A stretch of DNA of 59,614 nt from Nemertoderma westbladi (taxonomy: Eukaryota; Animalia; Xenacoelomorpha). The DNA is taken from contig JAUCBJ010005225.1 of the NCBI GenBank assembly GCA_032718475.1, positions 1 to 59,614 of the forward strand. The letters run 5' to 3'. The translations under genes were made by a program, and so were the position numbers. Within the stretch, counting starts at the first letter, position 1. Every line of letters begins with the position of its first letter. The notes beneath the pieces were generated by a model. The model saw only the letters and a list, made by a program, of their open reading frames with translations, was not told the origin of the DNA and ran no database searches. Positions 1 to 11,817 of this stretch are shown one piece after another.

Positions 1-2074
1 AATCTAACAGAACAACTACTACTGGAAGGTAAACCTAAACCCACCTTAATCTAACAGAACAACAACTACTGGAAGGTAAACCTAAACCCACCTTAATCTA
101 GCAGAACAACTACTGGAAGGTAAACCTAAACCCACCTTAATCTAACAGAACAACTACTACTGGAAGGTAAACCTAAACCCGCCTTAATCTAACAGAACAA
201 CTACTGGAAGGTAAACCTAAACCCACCTTAATCTAACAGAACAACTACTGGAAGGTAAACCTAAACCCACCTTAATCTAACAGAACAACTACTGGAAGGT
301 AAACCTAAACCCACCTTAATCTAACAGAACAACAACTACTGGAAGGTAAACCTAAACCCACCTTAATCTAACAGAACAACTACTGGAAGGTAAACCTAAA
401 CCCACCTTAATCTAACAGAACAACAACTACTGGAAGGTAAACCTAAACCCACCTTAATCTAACAGAACAACAACTACTGGAAGGTAAACCTAAACCCACC
501 TTAATCTAACAGAACAACAACTACTGGAAGGTAAACCTAAACCCACCTTAATCTAACAGAACAACAACTACTGGAAGGTAAACCTAAACCCACCTTAATC
601 TAACAGAACAACTACTGGAAGGTAAACCTAAACCCACCTTAATCTAACGGAACAACAACTACTGGAAGGTAAACCTAAACCCACCTTAATCTAACAGAAC
701 AACAACTACTGGAAGGTAAACCTAAACCCACCTTAATCTAACAGAACAACTACTGGAAGGTAAACCTAAACCCACCTTAATCTAACAGAACAACAACTAC
801 TGGAAGGTAAACCTAAACCCGCCTTAATCTAACAGAACAACTACTGGAAGGTAAACCTAACCCACCTTAATCTAACAGAACAACTACTGGAAGGTAAACC
901 TAAACCCACCTTAATCTAGCAGAACAACTACTGGAAGGTAAACCTAAACCCACCTTAATCTAACGGAACAACTACTGGAAGGTAAACCTAAACCCACCTT
1001 AATCTAACAGAACAACAACTACTGGAAGGTAAACCTAAACCCACCTTAATCTAACGGAACAACTACTGGAAGGTAAACCTAAACCCACCTTAATCTAACA
1101 GAACAAAAACTACTGGAAGGTAAACCTAAACCCACCTTAATCTAACAGAACAACAACTACTGGAAGGTAAACCTAAACCCACCTTAATCTAACAGAACAA
1201 CAACTACTGGAAGGTAAACCTAAACCCACCTTAATCTAACAGAACAACTACTGGAAGGTAAACCTAAACCCACCTTAATCTAACAGAACAACAACTACTG
1301 GAAGGTAAACCTAAACCCACCTTAATCTAACAGAACAACAACTACTGGAAGGTAAACCTAAACCCACCTTAATCTAACAGAACAACAACTACTGGAAGGT
1401 AAACCTAAACCCACCTTAATCTAACAGAACAACAACTACTGGAAGGTAAACCTAAACCCACCTTAATCTAACGGAACAACTACTACTGGAAGGTAAACCT
1501 AAACCCACCCTTAATCTAGCAGAACAACTACTGGAAAGTAAACCTAAACCCACCTTAATCTAACGGAACAACTACTGGAAGGTAAACCTAAACCCACCTT
1601 AATCTAACGGAACAACTACTGGAGGTAAACCTAAACCCACCTTAATCTAACAGAACAACAACTACTGGAAGGTAAACCTAAACCCACCTTAATCTAGCAG
1701 AACAACTACTGGAAGGTAAACCTAAACCCACCTTAATCTAACAGAACGACAACTACTGGAAGGTAAACCTAAACCCACCTTAATCTAACAGAACAACAAC
1801 TACTGGAAGGTAAACCTAAACCCACCTTAATCTAACGGAACAACTACTGGAAGGTAAACCTAAACCCACCTTAATCTAACAGAACAACAACTACTGGAAG
1901 GTAAACCTAAACCCACCTTAATCTAGCAGAACAACTACTGGAAGGTAAACCTAAACCCACCTTAATCTAACAGAACAACAACTACTGGAAGGTAAACCTA
2001 AACCCACCTTAATCTAACAGAACAACAACTACTGGAAGGTAAACCTAAACCCACCTTAATCTAACAGAACAACA
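1..2074 (+). repeat. 44/47-bp tandem array (~45 copies, open at window start) made of an exon 3' end plus splice donor
   Basis: Unit AAC(AAC)AACTACTGGAAG|GTAAACCTAAACCCACCTTAATCTAACAG. Length variants are mostly +/-AAC or TAC. The exon-like part reads (E)QQLLE + G, which joins in phase 1 to the exon at 2572. Last donor GT at 2039. Confidence 0.97.
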
Positions 2075-2245
2075 TACTTCACATGGGCCATAAAAAATGG
2101 CCCGAGTTATTTGGGTGGGTGTTTATTCTAGGTAGGTTTTTTCTAGGTGGGCGTTTATTCAATGTGGGCGTTTTTTCTAGGTGGGTGTTAAAAAACTAAT
2201 TTTGTTTTCCGAGGAGGGCGGGTGGGGTGGGTGGGTGACTATTAT

Positions 2246-2295
2246 CACCCCCCACCCCCCCCCCCCCCCCCCCTCCCCCCCCCCCCCCCACCCCC
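2246..2295. repeat. poly-C tract (G-rich on minus strand)
   Basis: About 50 nt nearly pure C, preceded by GGGT runs. Confidence 0.9.
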
Positions 2296-2571
2296 AGTAT
2301 CAACACAACAAAAGTACAAAAGTACCGGTAATCATAAATTAATTTAACATTAAAAAACCTTTCATTCTGACATAGCAATTAATATTAATTACTACCGTAA
2401 CACAAGGCGTTTAAGTTTCTAATTCGATGGTAGGTGGCCTTAGTGGGTTGATATTCGAGTCAGTGCGACTATTCGAGTAAATAATTAACTTAGTTTTATA
2501 ATATGTTTTTATATTATGATATTTATTATTTGTTTTAAAATATAACTTAATTATTATGTTTCCTAATTTAG

Positions 2572-2672
2572 AAGAGTTTAATAAGGAAAAGGAATCCATG
2601 GAAACAAGATTTGCGGACGAGAAAGCGAAACTGATGAGAAGATTGGAAAAAGATCATAACGAAGATATTGTG
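2572..2672 (+). CDS. internal exon of uncharacterised coiled-coil protein gene (phase 1 to 0)
   Basis: Acceptor ttcctaatttag, donor GTG|gtgaga. Translates (E)EFNKEKESMETRFADEKAKLMRRLEKDHNEDIV. Phase matches the array-1 donor upstream and the exon at 3798 downstream. Confidence 0.85.
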
Positions 2673-2722
2673 GTGAGAATATTGTTATTAGATTTTAATT
2701 AAAAAAAAGTTAAGTAGATCAG

Positions 2723-2896
2723 ACACCTACCTAGGGTGATACACCTACCCTCACCTACCTAGGGTGATACACCTACCTAGGGTGATACACCTACCCTCAC
2801 CTACCTAGGGTGATACACCTACCTAGGGTGATACACCTACCCTCACCTACCTAGGGTGATACACCTACCTAGGGTGATACACCTACCTAGGGTGAT
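2723..2896. repeat. composite minisatellite of 18-bp CACCTACCTAGGGTGATA and 10-bp CACCTACCCT units
   Basis: Directly visible tandem units starting about 50 nt into the intron. Confidence 0.93.
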
Positions 2897-3587
2897 GCTG
2901 GGTAAGAATATTTTACTGATTCTGTACTTTTCTTATACAGAGTTCAATTACATTCCATCATCTAGTTATAGTGACGATGAGGATGGTCCTAGTCTAAATT
3001 GGTCTAGGTATAGCAATTACGTCATAGGGAAACATAATGAGAAGCCTGGCAAGGGGCGAAAAATATCCAATAGAGCAGCATGGAAATGTAATGTGCGTAA
3101 GTCCGACGCGACATTTAGATTTCTATCTATCATACTTTATAAGAAGAAACACCATTCAATAGTCGAGGAATGATGTGAGTTATTATGTTTCTGTGATAAA
3201 ATCCTAGAGGTAAAACAACACACACAGACTAGAGTTAATGTTAAATTTCAGTATGTGTTGTTTTGCCTCTTTGGAAAATAACGAAAAAAATACGTTTTTT
3301 TCATTAACAAAATTCATTCTGGATGCTAGCAGCCACTATTATAAAATGTGTCAGTTGTATCTTCCCAGACCTCTGTCGAAAAAATCAGGAGACGAGATCC
3401 ATATAGAGGGAAATGAGAAGGGTTTTTGCATTTTTCTCGAAACCATATTTTTTGGTGAGTGTTGTTCTGGCTCTTTGGTCACGATATAACAGAGGCAATC
3501 AATAGTAAGGTATTTTCGATCATAATATAGTGTGGAAAAACTCCCAACTTTTGATAAACGACCCGTTAACTCAACCCGTTAACCAAA

Positions 3588-3624
3588 CCCCCCCCCCCCC
3601 CAACCCCCCCCCCCCCCCCCCCCC
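3588..3624. repeat. poly-C tract
   Basis: Run of C interrupted once by AA. Confidence 0.9.
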
Positions 3625-3797
3625 ACAAGAGACAATTTAAAAGGGCAACATATTTTAGAGGAATTCAATATTTATTACGTTATCAAATAATATTATATAA
3701 TAATCGTCAGAATTCCTCATTTTCCACTTTATTATTTATTACTACTTTCTACTACTTTCTAATTTAATTTTTGTTGTTTTGTTTATTTTTTTCTCAG

Positions 3798-3924
3798 GAG
3801 GTAACCAAATTAGAACGAGCAAGGTCAATGGATATGTTAAATGAGGTGATAACAAGGGAGTCGAGTAATCTATCTGATAAAGAGAATAGCGAGTCGACCA
3901 GACAAATAAAACAGATAACGAAAA
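3798..3924 (+). CDS. internal exon of the coiled-coil protein gene (phase 0 to 1)
   Basis: Strong acceptor tttatttttttctcag, consensus donor gtaagt at 3925. Translates EVTKLERARSMDMLNEVITRESSNLSDKENSESTRQIKQITK (inside ORF 3771..4064). Confidence 0.85.
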
Positions 3925-4525
3925 GTAAGTCAAATATGTTACATAATATTAGTTACATAATAATATTTATTGCTTTCATGGATGGCTCATTCTATGTAAA
4001 GTGCGGGACATTCGTACGACTTTTTGTGCATACTTTAGTACTGTACATCAAGAAAATGAACTAAAATATGTTTTGCTTGTGTTAATAATAAGCAAGCTTG
4101 TAATAATAAGCTTGTGTTTTTTAGAAAACCAATTATCGGTTCAGTAAAAAAAAGCAGTTTGGAAAACCGCAGCAGTTTATGTCTCAGAACTATTGCTTCA
4201 AAAATTGTAAATTGCGGGACGCGTACGAAAGTGAAATTTTCAACTGTTAAATTCTTTGCTAAAGTTCAGCGAATTGAGTAAAGTTAGTGGGAAAACTTTT
4301 TGTTTCCATGATGTTCCTAGATATGTAGGGAAAATAAATTAGCCTTTAGTAAGATGGTAGGTAACATCAATGAAACAGGGGAGTAATTTAAGTGCAGCAA
4401 AGTCATGTAAAGTGTGGGACATTTCATTGTAAAGTGCGGACACGTGCGATTTTATCATTTATAAACACATTAAGTAATAGTAGTAGTAGTATACTGGGCT
4501 GTAGGGCTGTAGGTATGGAGAGAGA

Positions 4526-4585
4526 GGGCTGTTGCGCTGTCAGTCAGAGAGGTAACAGCCCGTGGGGTAAGGATTTACCTCTGGG
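4526..4585 (-). repeat. 60-bp inverted repeat, left copy (partner 7063-7122)
   Basis: Reverse complement of 7063-7122 with 3 mismatches. Confidence 0.95.
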
Positions 4586-5073
4586 ACCTGTATTAGGCAA
4601 AATAGCAGTAGCTGTGTAGGCCCACCAGTACTGTGCACGGTACAAGACCCGAAATTTAGCCTACATCTGTAAATAATACACGGTTTCGCGGTACAAGACC
4701 ATATAAATTAGACCACCATCTGTAAAATGCTCGCGCCTGAGTTCAGGAGTTGCACAGATGTCAGGATGTGCTGATTCTATATCATCCACTAACGGATTCT
4801 GGTAGCCTGGATACTAGACCACTACAAAAACTGATGCGACAGAGCGAGGTGCCGTTAGCCTAACATTTCTCGGAGGCTGGTCCGATAACACTCAACGCAT
4901 TGTTTGGTTGGACATTGACATTATTGCATTACAGTGTACATTATTACATACTGATATGATTGTATGGATTGAGAAATTGGATATATTTGGACGTCAATGG
5001 ATGGATAGGTTTGGTTTGAGAAACTAATATCACGTAGGCCTACCTAATCATATATTTGTGATAATTATTACTA

Positions 5074-5330
5074 GATCCACTGGCCCCCAGCCATCTTCAA
5101 CAAACCATCATTGCCGGGGGGCACTCAGCTGAGGGGGCGGAGCGCATTAAAAACTCTCTAAGTATCGCGACCTAATGGACCGGGGCCATTTCTTTCACCC
5201 CGTGGCCTTTGAGACCTTTGGCCGCCCCGGTCCAGAGACATCCACCTTCCTCCGGGAGATCGGGGCTCGTCTCCACAGTGCCACCCACGAACCGGCGGTC
5301 ACACCAGTTTCTGCTCCAGCGCCTGGAGAT
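5074..5330 (+). pseudogene. decayed C-terminal restriction-like endonuclease region of a CRE-type non-LTR retrotransposon
   Basis: With two frameshifts reads DPLAPSHLQQTIIAGGHSAEGAERIK/LSKYRDLMDRGHFFHPVAFETFGRPGPETSTFLREIGARLHSATHEP/RSHQFLLQRL. This matches the recalled CRE pattern D.LAPS...AE..K..KY...F.P.A.ET.G...FL.QRL. Local GC-rich island. Confidence 0.75.
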
Positions 5331-6487
5331 ATATAAATTAATAAAAACTTCTATGAAACAGATTGTTTTCCATAACCTCTTTCTTGTTGGTGTCGAGGCA
5401 ATTTGGGTTGGTAATGCAGCCTCAGTCATTGGGACAGCAACCACGCCGACCATCGGTCTATTCGGGGACTGAAGAGCCGAAACCAATCGAAACTGTCGAA
5501 ATGGTTGCCAATGGAGTCACCAACGAGGAACGGGATGATGGCCGAAGATATTCAATATTCTATCTTATGCAATCTCAAATATTCAATTCGGTACTGTACC
5601 TTCAATTCAATATTCAATCAGTATTATTTCTGTGCTTCGTTATTTAATAATGTGATTGATTAGATAAAAAAATAAATTATTGAAATGTTAATTATTAGAA
5701 AAAAAAAATCCAAAATTATATTAACATTTATATATAGTTTTGAATTAAATGTTTCGAAATCAACAGTCATTCAATGAACTTTTACAGCTCAGTGCCATAT
5801 ATCGCGTATCCCTTGGTTTAATCACTATTCTTTATTCAAGTATAACTGAATCCTGGCCCACCGCCTTCACCTCCACTGATAATTTAAAATCGTAACTCAT
5901 TCAATCTTTGACTAAATTATACCAAACTTGGTAAACATTGTAATCTTGTCTATCGGCTAAAATAAACACAACTTGCTAAAATTTCCCCTATAATGTTTTT
6001 TCCTATAGAACAGGATGCAGTTTTATTTTAGTAGTAAACAAGCTGTTATTTGCGTCGATTTTCACCTGGAGAGGGAAGAAAGAATATTGATTGCCCCCCC
6101 CCCCGCCCCCCCCTGCAGTTAAGTGAAAATATTTCGGCACCATTTAATTTTATTTCACGGTCGCGCATCAAGTAGTCCGTCAAAAGATACAATTCATTAT
6201 AAACATAACAAAATTAATTATAATAATTCTAAAAATATAAGGCAGATTATCCTAAAGTTAGCTCTTTAGTCTTCAGCAATCGTATACATTGACAAGACTT
6301 ATAAAATAATTGATGTTGAATAATATTATTAAGATTAAAATATATTATTAGGAATTCGAAGAAAGCAAATTGTATTGAGTTAGTATTGGCAAGTTAATCT
6401 CACAAACCAGTCTAGTCTAACTTTAGAGTAGCCTTGTTCGCATTGTTCCAGGTTTAGGCCTATAGATTCCACCGTCTTCGTTCAAGA

Positions 6488-6790
6488 TTTAATACTGTAA
6501 TAGACTCCGTTATCCGTCTCGATCGCTTCGCTATGCACCATCTTACTGGGTTTAATAAACTCCATCGCCTTCCTGTCGTTCTCTGTTTTGTAGATTACTT
6601 CGCCATCGTCTGATCGCTTTGGTTGCGTGTTTAATACTGTAATAGACTCCGTCGCCATCGTATCGTTCTGGATATATTGAATAGACTCCATTGTCCATCG
6701 CGATCGTTTCATTGTTTACGTTTAATTGACTCCGTCGCCTCCTCGGATTAGGAATCCGGCCGGGTTTCGTAGATTACGCCATCGTTCAAC
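6488..6790. repeat. degenerate short-motif repeats, possibly LINE 5' UTR
   Basis: TTTAATACTGTAATAGACTCCGT occurs twice (~6488, ~6630). GACTCCGTCGCC and CGCCATCGT motifs recur. Confidence 0.6.
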
Positions 6791-6870
6791 AGTTCAGTGT
6801 TTTTAATCAAAGCCAGAATTCCGGCACCGGCACCACGATCAACGATTTCGGAAGTAACAGACTCCGTCAA

Positions 6871-6995
6871 CAACACTCGGGGTTTAAAAAATACAACTAT
6901 CCGGCTTGGGAACTTGTAACTGCTGAACTGGGCAACACTCGGGGTTTAAAAAATACAACTATCCGGCTTGGGAACTTGTAACTGCTGAACTGGGC
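6871..6995. repeat. exact 62-bp tandem duplication
   Basis: CAACACTCGGGG...GCTGAACTGGG at 6871 and 6933. Confidence 0.95.
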
Positions 6996-7062
6996 GATCA
7001 TCTATCTGATAGTTGAAAAAGACTGTCTGACAGTTGGTATCAGACTATCTGATAGTTAGCGC

Positions 7063-7122
7063 CCCAGGGGTAAATCCTTACCCTATGGGCTGTTACCTCT
7101 CTGACTGACAGCGCAACAGCCC
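7063..7122 (+). repeat. 60-bp inverted repeat, right copy, immediately upstream of LINE ORF1
   Basis: Pairs with 4526-4585; ends 9 nt before the ORF1 ATG. Confidence 0.95.
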
Positions 7123-7131
7123 CTATAGGGT

Positions 7132-8574
7132 ATGGATGACGACAGTACCGGTATCAGTCAGCTAGCTGACAGCAGTAGGCATGCTACCAGACTCAGTACT
7201 ACTGGCATTAACAGTGATTCCAATACTACGGGTCAACCGCGGGGGCCTGTATGGGCAGATGAAGCCGACACAACACCGATTATAAATACATGTCTGTCCT
7301 TTGTGTTACAAGGGATGTCGTCACGCACGTTTGAGGTTATTCGCGACTCCTGTCTGGGTAGATTTACATCGGAAGAGGTAAGGAATGCGAAACTTGTGCT
7401 GTTTAGTAGATGCGGAGCCGGAGCCGTCATGGTTAATCGCAGAGATACCACTGAGAGATCTGCATCCGAAGCGAATTTTAGGGATCTTTGGGATAAACTA
7501 AAGGAACTAGACGTCGATGGTAAGATTCCAGTGATAGCAGTTCTGGCATTGGAGGCTATGTCCCTGCCGTGCTTACAGTCTTTAGGATCGGGTAGAGTTG
7601 CTAGTGCTGAGCAATCAGCAAAAGTCGATATTGTAGACGAGAAAATCGATAAGCTACATAAACTATTTACAGATAAGATGAAATCTATAGAATCAAGTTT
7701 CTCAGTTCAGTTGCGCGATCTACATGGCGTCATTCGTGAGATGAGACCGATATTTACCGGTGTCGACCCAGGGAGGGCAGTGGGTCCTGCAGTTCGGACG
7801 ACTTTAATTGATAAAGGCGGTCCTACAGGAGGCGGCAGCTCAGGGGTGAATGAGGTTGCTCCTCAGCTACAATTCCCACCAGCTCCGGAACGGGCCACCC
7901 AGGGTACAGAACATGGCGTGTCCAGGCCCAGCAGCTTTGCGGCTGCTGCTAGTCGTTTTGCACCATCGGTGCCATCGAGAGGTAGGCAGAGTTACGTCAG
8001 GCAGAGTACCGGTAATTATTATTCCCCGCTGGGTACACCAACGCAGTCTCCGCGCATCCAAGAACGAGGTAGCGCCAAACGGCCAAGGAACTCTCCCTCC
8101 GCAGCTATGGAAACCGGTGAACTCGAGGGTTCTCCGGGGTTTCAGAAGGTCCCCCAAAGACGGCGCAACCGTGAGTTTGTAGTTGGTACTAAACTAAGTC
8201 CTGGAGTTAGTGGCGATGGGGATACGTCCGGGGCCCGCAAGTCCGGCCTACGAGCGGCTCCGTCGGATGTTTTCGTTTTTCGACTCTGGGCTGATACTAC
8301 GGCGCAGGATATTGTGGACTCCTTGGATTGTCAAGCGATTAAAGTTTCTTTAGCGAGCGTGAAGAGAATTTCACATCCAGAATCGATGAATGCGAGCTTC
8401 AGGGTTTCGCTTGCGGCAAATTACGTAGAGAAAGCACTCCTTCCCTCAACTTGGCCGGCGGGGGTCTGTGTTCGCAAGTGGGTCCACAATAGCTCTTCTC
8501 AGGGTCAACGCAGTGGTGGCGTAAATGGGGACCGTCGAACGGGGTTTACTTCCACTAGAGCTCAAGTCGTGTAA
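7132..8574 (+). CDS. LINE ORF1 protein (480 aa)
   Basis: Position before ORF2, central coiled-coil-like segment, low-complexity linker, and C-terminal RRM-like block VFVFRL...SFRVSL...PSTWPAGVCVRKW as recalled from invertebrate LINE ORF1s. Confidence 0.85.
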   Translation: MDDDSTGISQLADSSRHATRLSTTGINSDSNTTGQPRGPVWADEADTTPIINTCLSFVLQGMSSRTFEVIRDSCLGRFTSEEVRNAKLVLFSRCGAGAVMVNRRDTTERSASEANFRDLWDKLKELDVDGKIPVIAVLALEAMSLPCLQSLGSGRVASAEQSAKVDIVDEKIDKLHKLFTDKMKSIESSFSVQLRDLHGVIREMRPIFTGVDPGRAVGPAVRTTLIDKGGPTGGGSSGVNEVAPQLQFPPAPERATQGTEHGVSRPSSFAAAASRFAPSVPSRGRQSYVRQSTGNYYSPLGTPTQSPRIQERGSAKRPRNSPSAAMETGELEGSPGFQKVPQRRRNREFVVGTKLSPGVSGDGDTSGARKSGLRAAPSDVFVFRLWADTTAQDIVDSLDCQAIKVSLASVKRISHPESMNASFRVSLAANYVEKALLPSTWPAGVCVRKWVHNSSSQGQRSGGVNGDRRTGFTSTRAQVV

Positions 8575-11500
8575 CTTATACTCTTTATACTTATTATACA
8601 CCAGGCATTTACTTACTTATATAATATAATATATATATAGGGATATTTAAGTTAACTTAACTAAAAACTTATGTATAACTGATTAATTATTTTTTGTTCG
8701 AGTTCTATTCCTACTGTATTTTCAAAATGGCCTCCTACACCGACTTTCATAGTAATAAAAGTACATTCTGTATTTCGTCGTTAAACAGTACGGGTTTATC
8801 TCCTGATAAATTGGACTTTATAAAAGTTTTACTTTTAGGTAGTGATATACTCTGTATACAAGAGCATTTTGTCCTAAAAGATAATTCATATCGTATTAGA
8901 GCACCATTTAAGAATGATTTTGATTGCATTATACAGCCAGCTATTTTTGCAGATAGTGAAGTACGAGCAGGCAGGCCGAAGGGCGGGCTTTGTTTTATAT
9001 TTCGTAAAGAATTGTGTAAATTCATTACTCGTATAAATTGTAGTAATTTTAGGTTGCAAGCAATACGGTTGAATCTACCTGATATGAGGCCGATTATTAT
9101 TATTAATTCATATTTTCCTGTAGACCACCAGGGGAATATGGTTTCAGATGAATTATTTTTAGTTCTGAGTGATATTAAGCGCATCATCGATGATGCAAAT
9201 AATACATGTAACATTCTGATTACAGGTGACTTAAATTGTGACTTTATAAGACATTCACCACATGTTCGTTCTGTTATTCAATTTATATTAGATAATAATT
9301 TAGGTCGACTATGGGATATTTTTCCTGTAGATTTTACTTATTCGTCGTTTACGGATAATACTTGGCATCACTCTACGTTAGATCACTTTATTGGTTCCAC
9401 TGTATTTTTTGATAATATTACTGAGGCCGGTGTCGTGCACTCTGGTTCAAACTTATCGCTTCACTCGCCAATTTTTCTAAAATTTGAATTACATAGTAAT
9501 TTGTCACATGACCCGAGTATATCGATGAACATAAATCAAAAAACAGATATGAAAGAAAAAGTTCGTTTTAAGCGAGCCACCCTAGATCAACAGCAAGAGT
9601 TTCGTAATAAACTTAGTGCTATGATTAACGACATGGACAGCACCGATTTGGGTGGATGTTTCTCTTGTAATAATTTGTTTTGTGCAGAAGTAAATCATAA
9701 ATTAGATATTGAAAAGTACGCACTTGATTTATTGCAAGTTATTGAAAGTTGTGCAGTAGACTGTTTATCTAATAGAAATGTTAAGAATGGTGCTGGTACA
9801 TTTGATAGGCCTATGCTCCCAGGATGGAATGAAAATGTTAAACCTTTCCGTGACGAGTCTATCTTTTGGCATAGTGTCTGGGTGTCTGCTGGGTGTCCGA
9901 ATGTTTCTCAAAATGCACATCTATTTCATATGCGTAGAGTTACAAGGGCTCAGTTTAAATATGCTGTGCGACGGTTGAAACGCGCTTCTGATAACATTCA
10001 GCGAGACAAATTACTGCAAGCCTGTTTGAGAAACAATCAACAGATATTCGAGGAGATTAAGAAGCTGCGTCGGGTGTCGCCTGTAGTTAGTTCTAGAATA
10101 GATGACTGTGTTGACTCACAGTCAATAGCTGATCGCTTTGCTTCAATTTACTCCACATTGTTTAATCAACCTTATAACTCAAATTTGGAAGGTTTACGGC
10201 AGCAGATTCATGAGAAATTGGACAGTTGTGATAGGGATGCATTGCCGCTTATAACTTCAGAGCTAGTTTGGGAGGCTATGAATAAGCTTAAAAGTTCTAA
10301 GACAGATGTAGCCTTTGGATTTGATTCGGACTGCTTAATCAATGCGGGCCCGGAATTTAGAGAGCAATTAGTTAGGTTATTTAACTTGTTTCTTGTTCAT
10401 GGTTTTGTACCTCAATTTCTTCTGACTTGCGTTATATTACCTTTAATTAAAGATAAGCTGGGTGATCAAGCCGTCTCTAGTAACTACCGTGCAATAGCTT
10501 TGTCATCATTGTTAATCAAACTATTTGAATGGGTAATGTTGCTGTCACAATCTGAATGCCTTTCATTGGATGAGCTGCAGTTCGGTTTTCAGTCTGGTAC
10601 GGGGACAAGCCAGTGCTCGTGGGTGGCCTCAGAGGTGATTGGTCATTACTCCAGGTACAATACACCAGTATATGGGAGTCTACTTGACCTCACAAAGGCA
10701 TTCGATATGGTCGAGTGGTGTAAACTATTCTTGGAACTGATCAAAAAGGGTTTCTCTCCGTTATTCCTACGTACCCTACTGTGGATATATTCCAATCAAT
10801 CCTGTTGTGTCCGTTGGAATGAAACTTTATCGTCTCCTTTCGGTATTTCTAATGGTGTAAAACAGGGATCTGTGGCCTCGCCAATTCTGTTTTGCATTCT
10901 TCTCAACTCGCTCCTTGTGCGTCTGCGAGAGGCAGGTGTAGGATGCTGGATAGGCACTTATTTCTTGGGTGCACTAGCATACGCGGATGATATTTTCTTG
11001 CTGTGCCCATCTCTGTGCGGCCTTCAGTTTATGGTTTCATTATGCGAAAGATTTGCACAAGATAATGATTTAGTTTTCAGTACAAATGTAACTCCAGAGA
11101 AGTCTAAATCGAAATGTATTGCATTCAGCAACTCGACGCGTTGGAGGGAACCTGCTGCCAGAATACATTTAAATGGTCACGATTTGCCATGGGTTCGTGA
11201 GGCAGTTCATTTGGGGCATGTTTTTGATTTTCGCAATAGTATGGTGTCTGATGTACTGAAAAAACGCGGCCAATTAATAGGTAAATTAAATGCACTAAGA
11301 CAAGAGTTTTATTTTTCTGATCCTTATTTATTGTGCGATATCCAGCGGATTTACGCAACTTGTCTTTTTGGGAGTAATCTATGGGACCTTTTTTCAGACA
11401 GTACATCTAGAATTTATACATCGTGGAATATTAATATTAGATTAATATTCAGATTACCTTACAATACACATAGATTTATTGTAGAGAATTTGGTACCTTT

Positions 11501-11817
11501 TAAGCATCCGTGCGTAATGTTGCAAACTCGTTATGTTAAATTTGTTAACTCTTTACTCACATCTAATAAACGTATTATACGATTTTTGGCTGAACTGTGC
11601 GTTTTTGATTGTAGGACACGTTCGGGCACAAATTTACGAAATATTGGTAACCGGTGTAACATATATAATTTACGTTCTCTGGTCCCAAGGTTTGCTAATA
11701 GTTTGAGTTATGCACATGTGCCTGTTGGTAATGAATGGCGGGTTCCTTTGTTACAAGAACTTATTAATTGTCGGTTAAATAACGCTAGTGTTCCCGGTTT
11801 TGATTCTCTTGAACTAG
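7132..11817 (+). mobile_element. two-ORF non-LTR retrotransposon (LINE, APE+RT); RTE-X-like or L2/CR1-group, clade uncertain; 3' end missing
   Basis: Uninterrupted ORF1 and ORF2 separated by a ~150-nt AT-rich spacer. No tail or TSD recognised; 5' boundary unknown. Confidence 0.92.

Noticed and set aside
1-2074. True telomere at window start
   Set aside because: CCTAAACCC occurs once per 44/47-bp unit, not as a pure telomeric run.
2196-2378. Poly-Gly ORF on minus strand
   Set aside because: Translation of a poly-C tract.
5172-5647. ORFs 5172..5486, 5209..5472 and 5363..5647 as genes
   Set aside because: They overlap the frameshifted CRE relic and adjacent unassigned sequence and give no coherent product.
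7233-11406. Short antisense and alternate-frame ORFs within the LINE
   Set aside because: Shadows of ORF1/ORF2 with no recognisable motifs.
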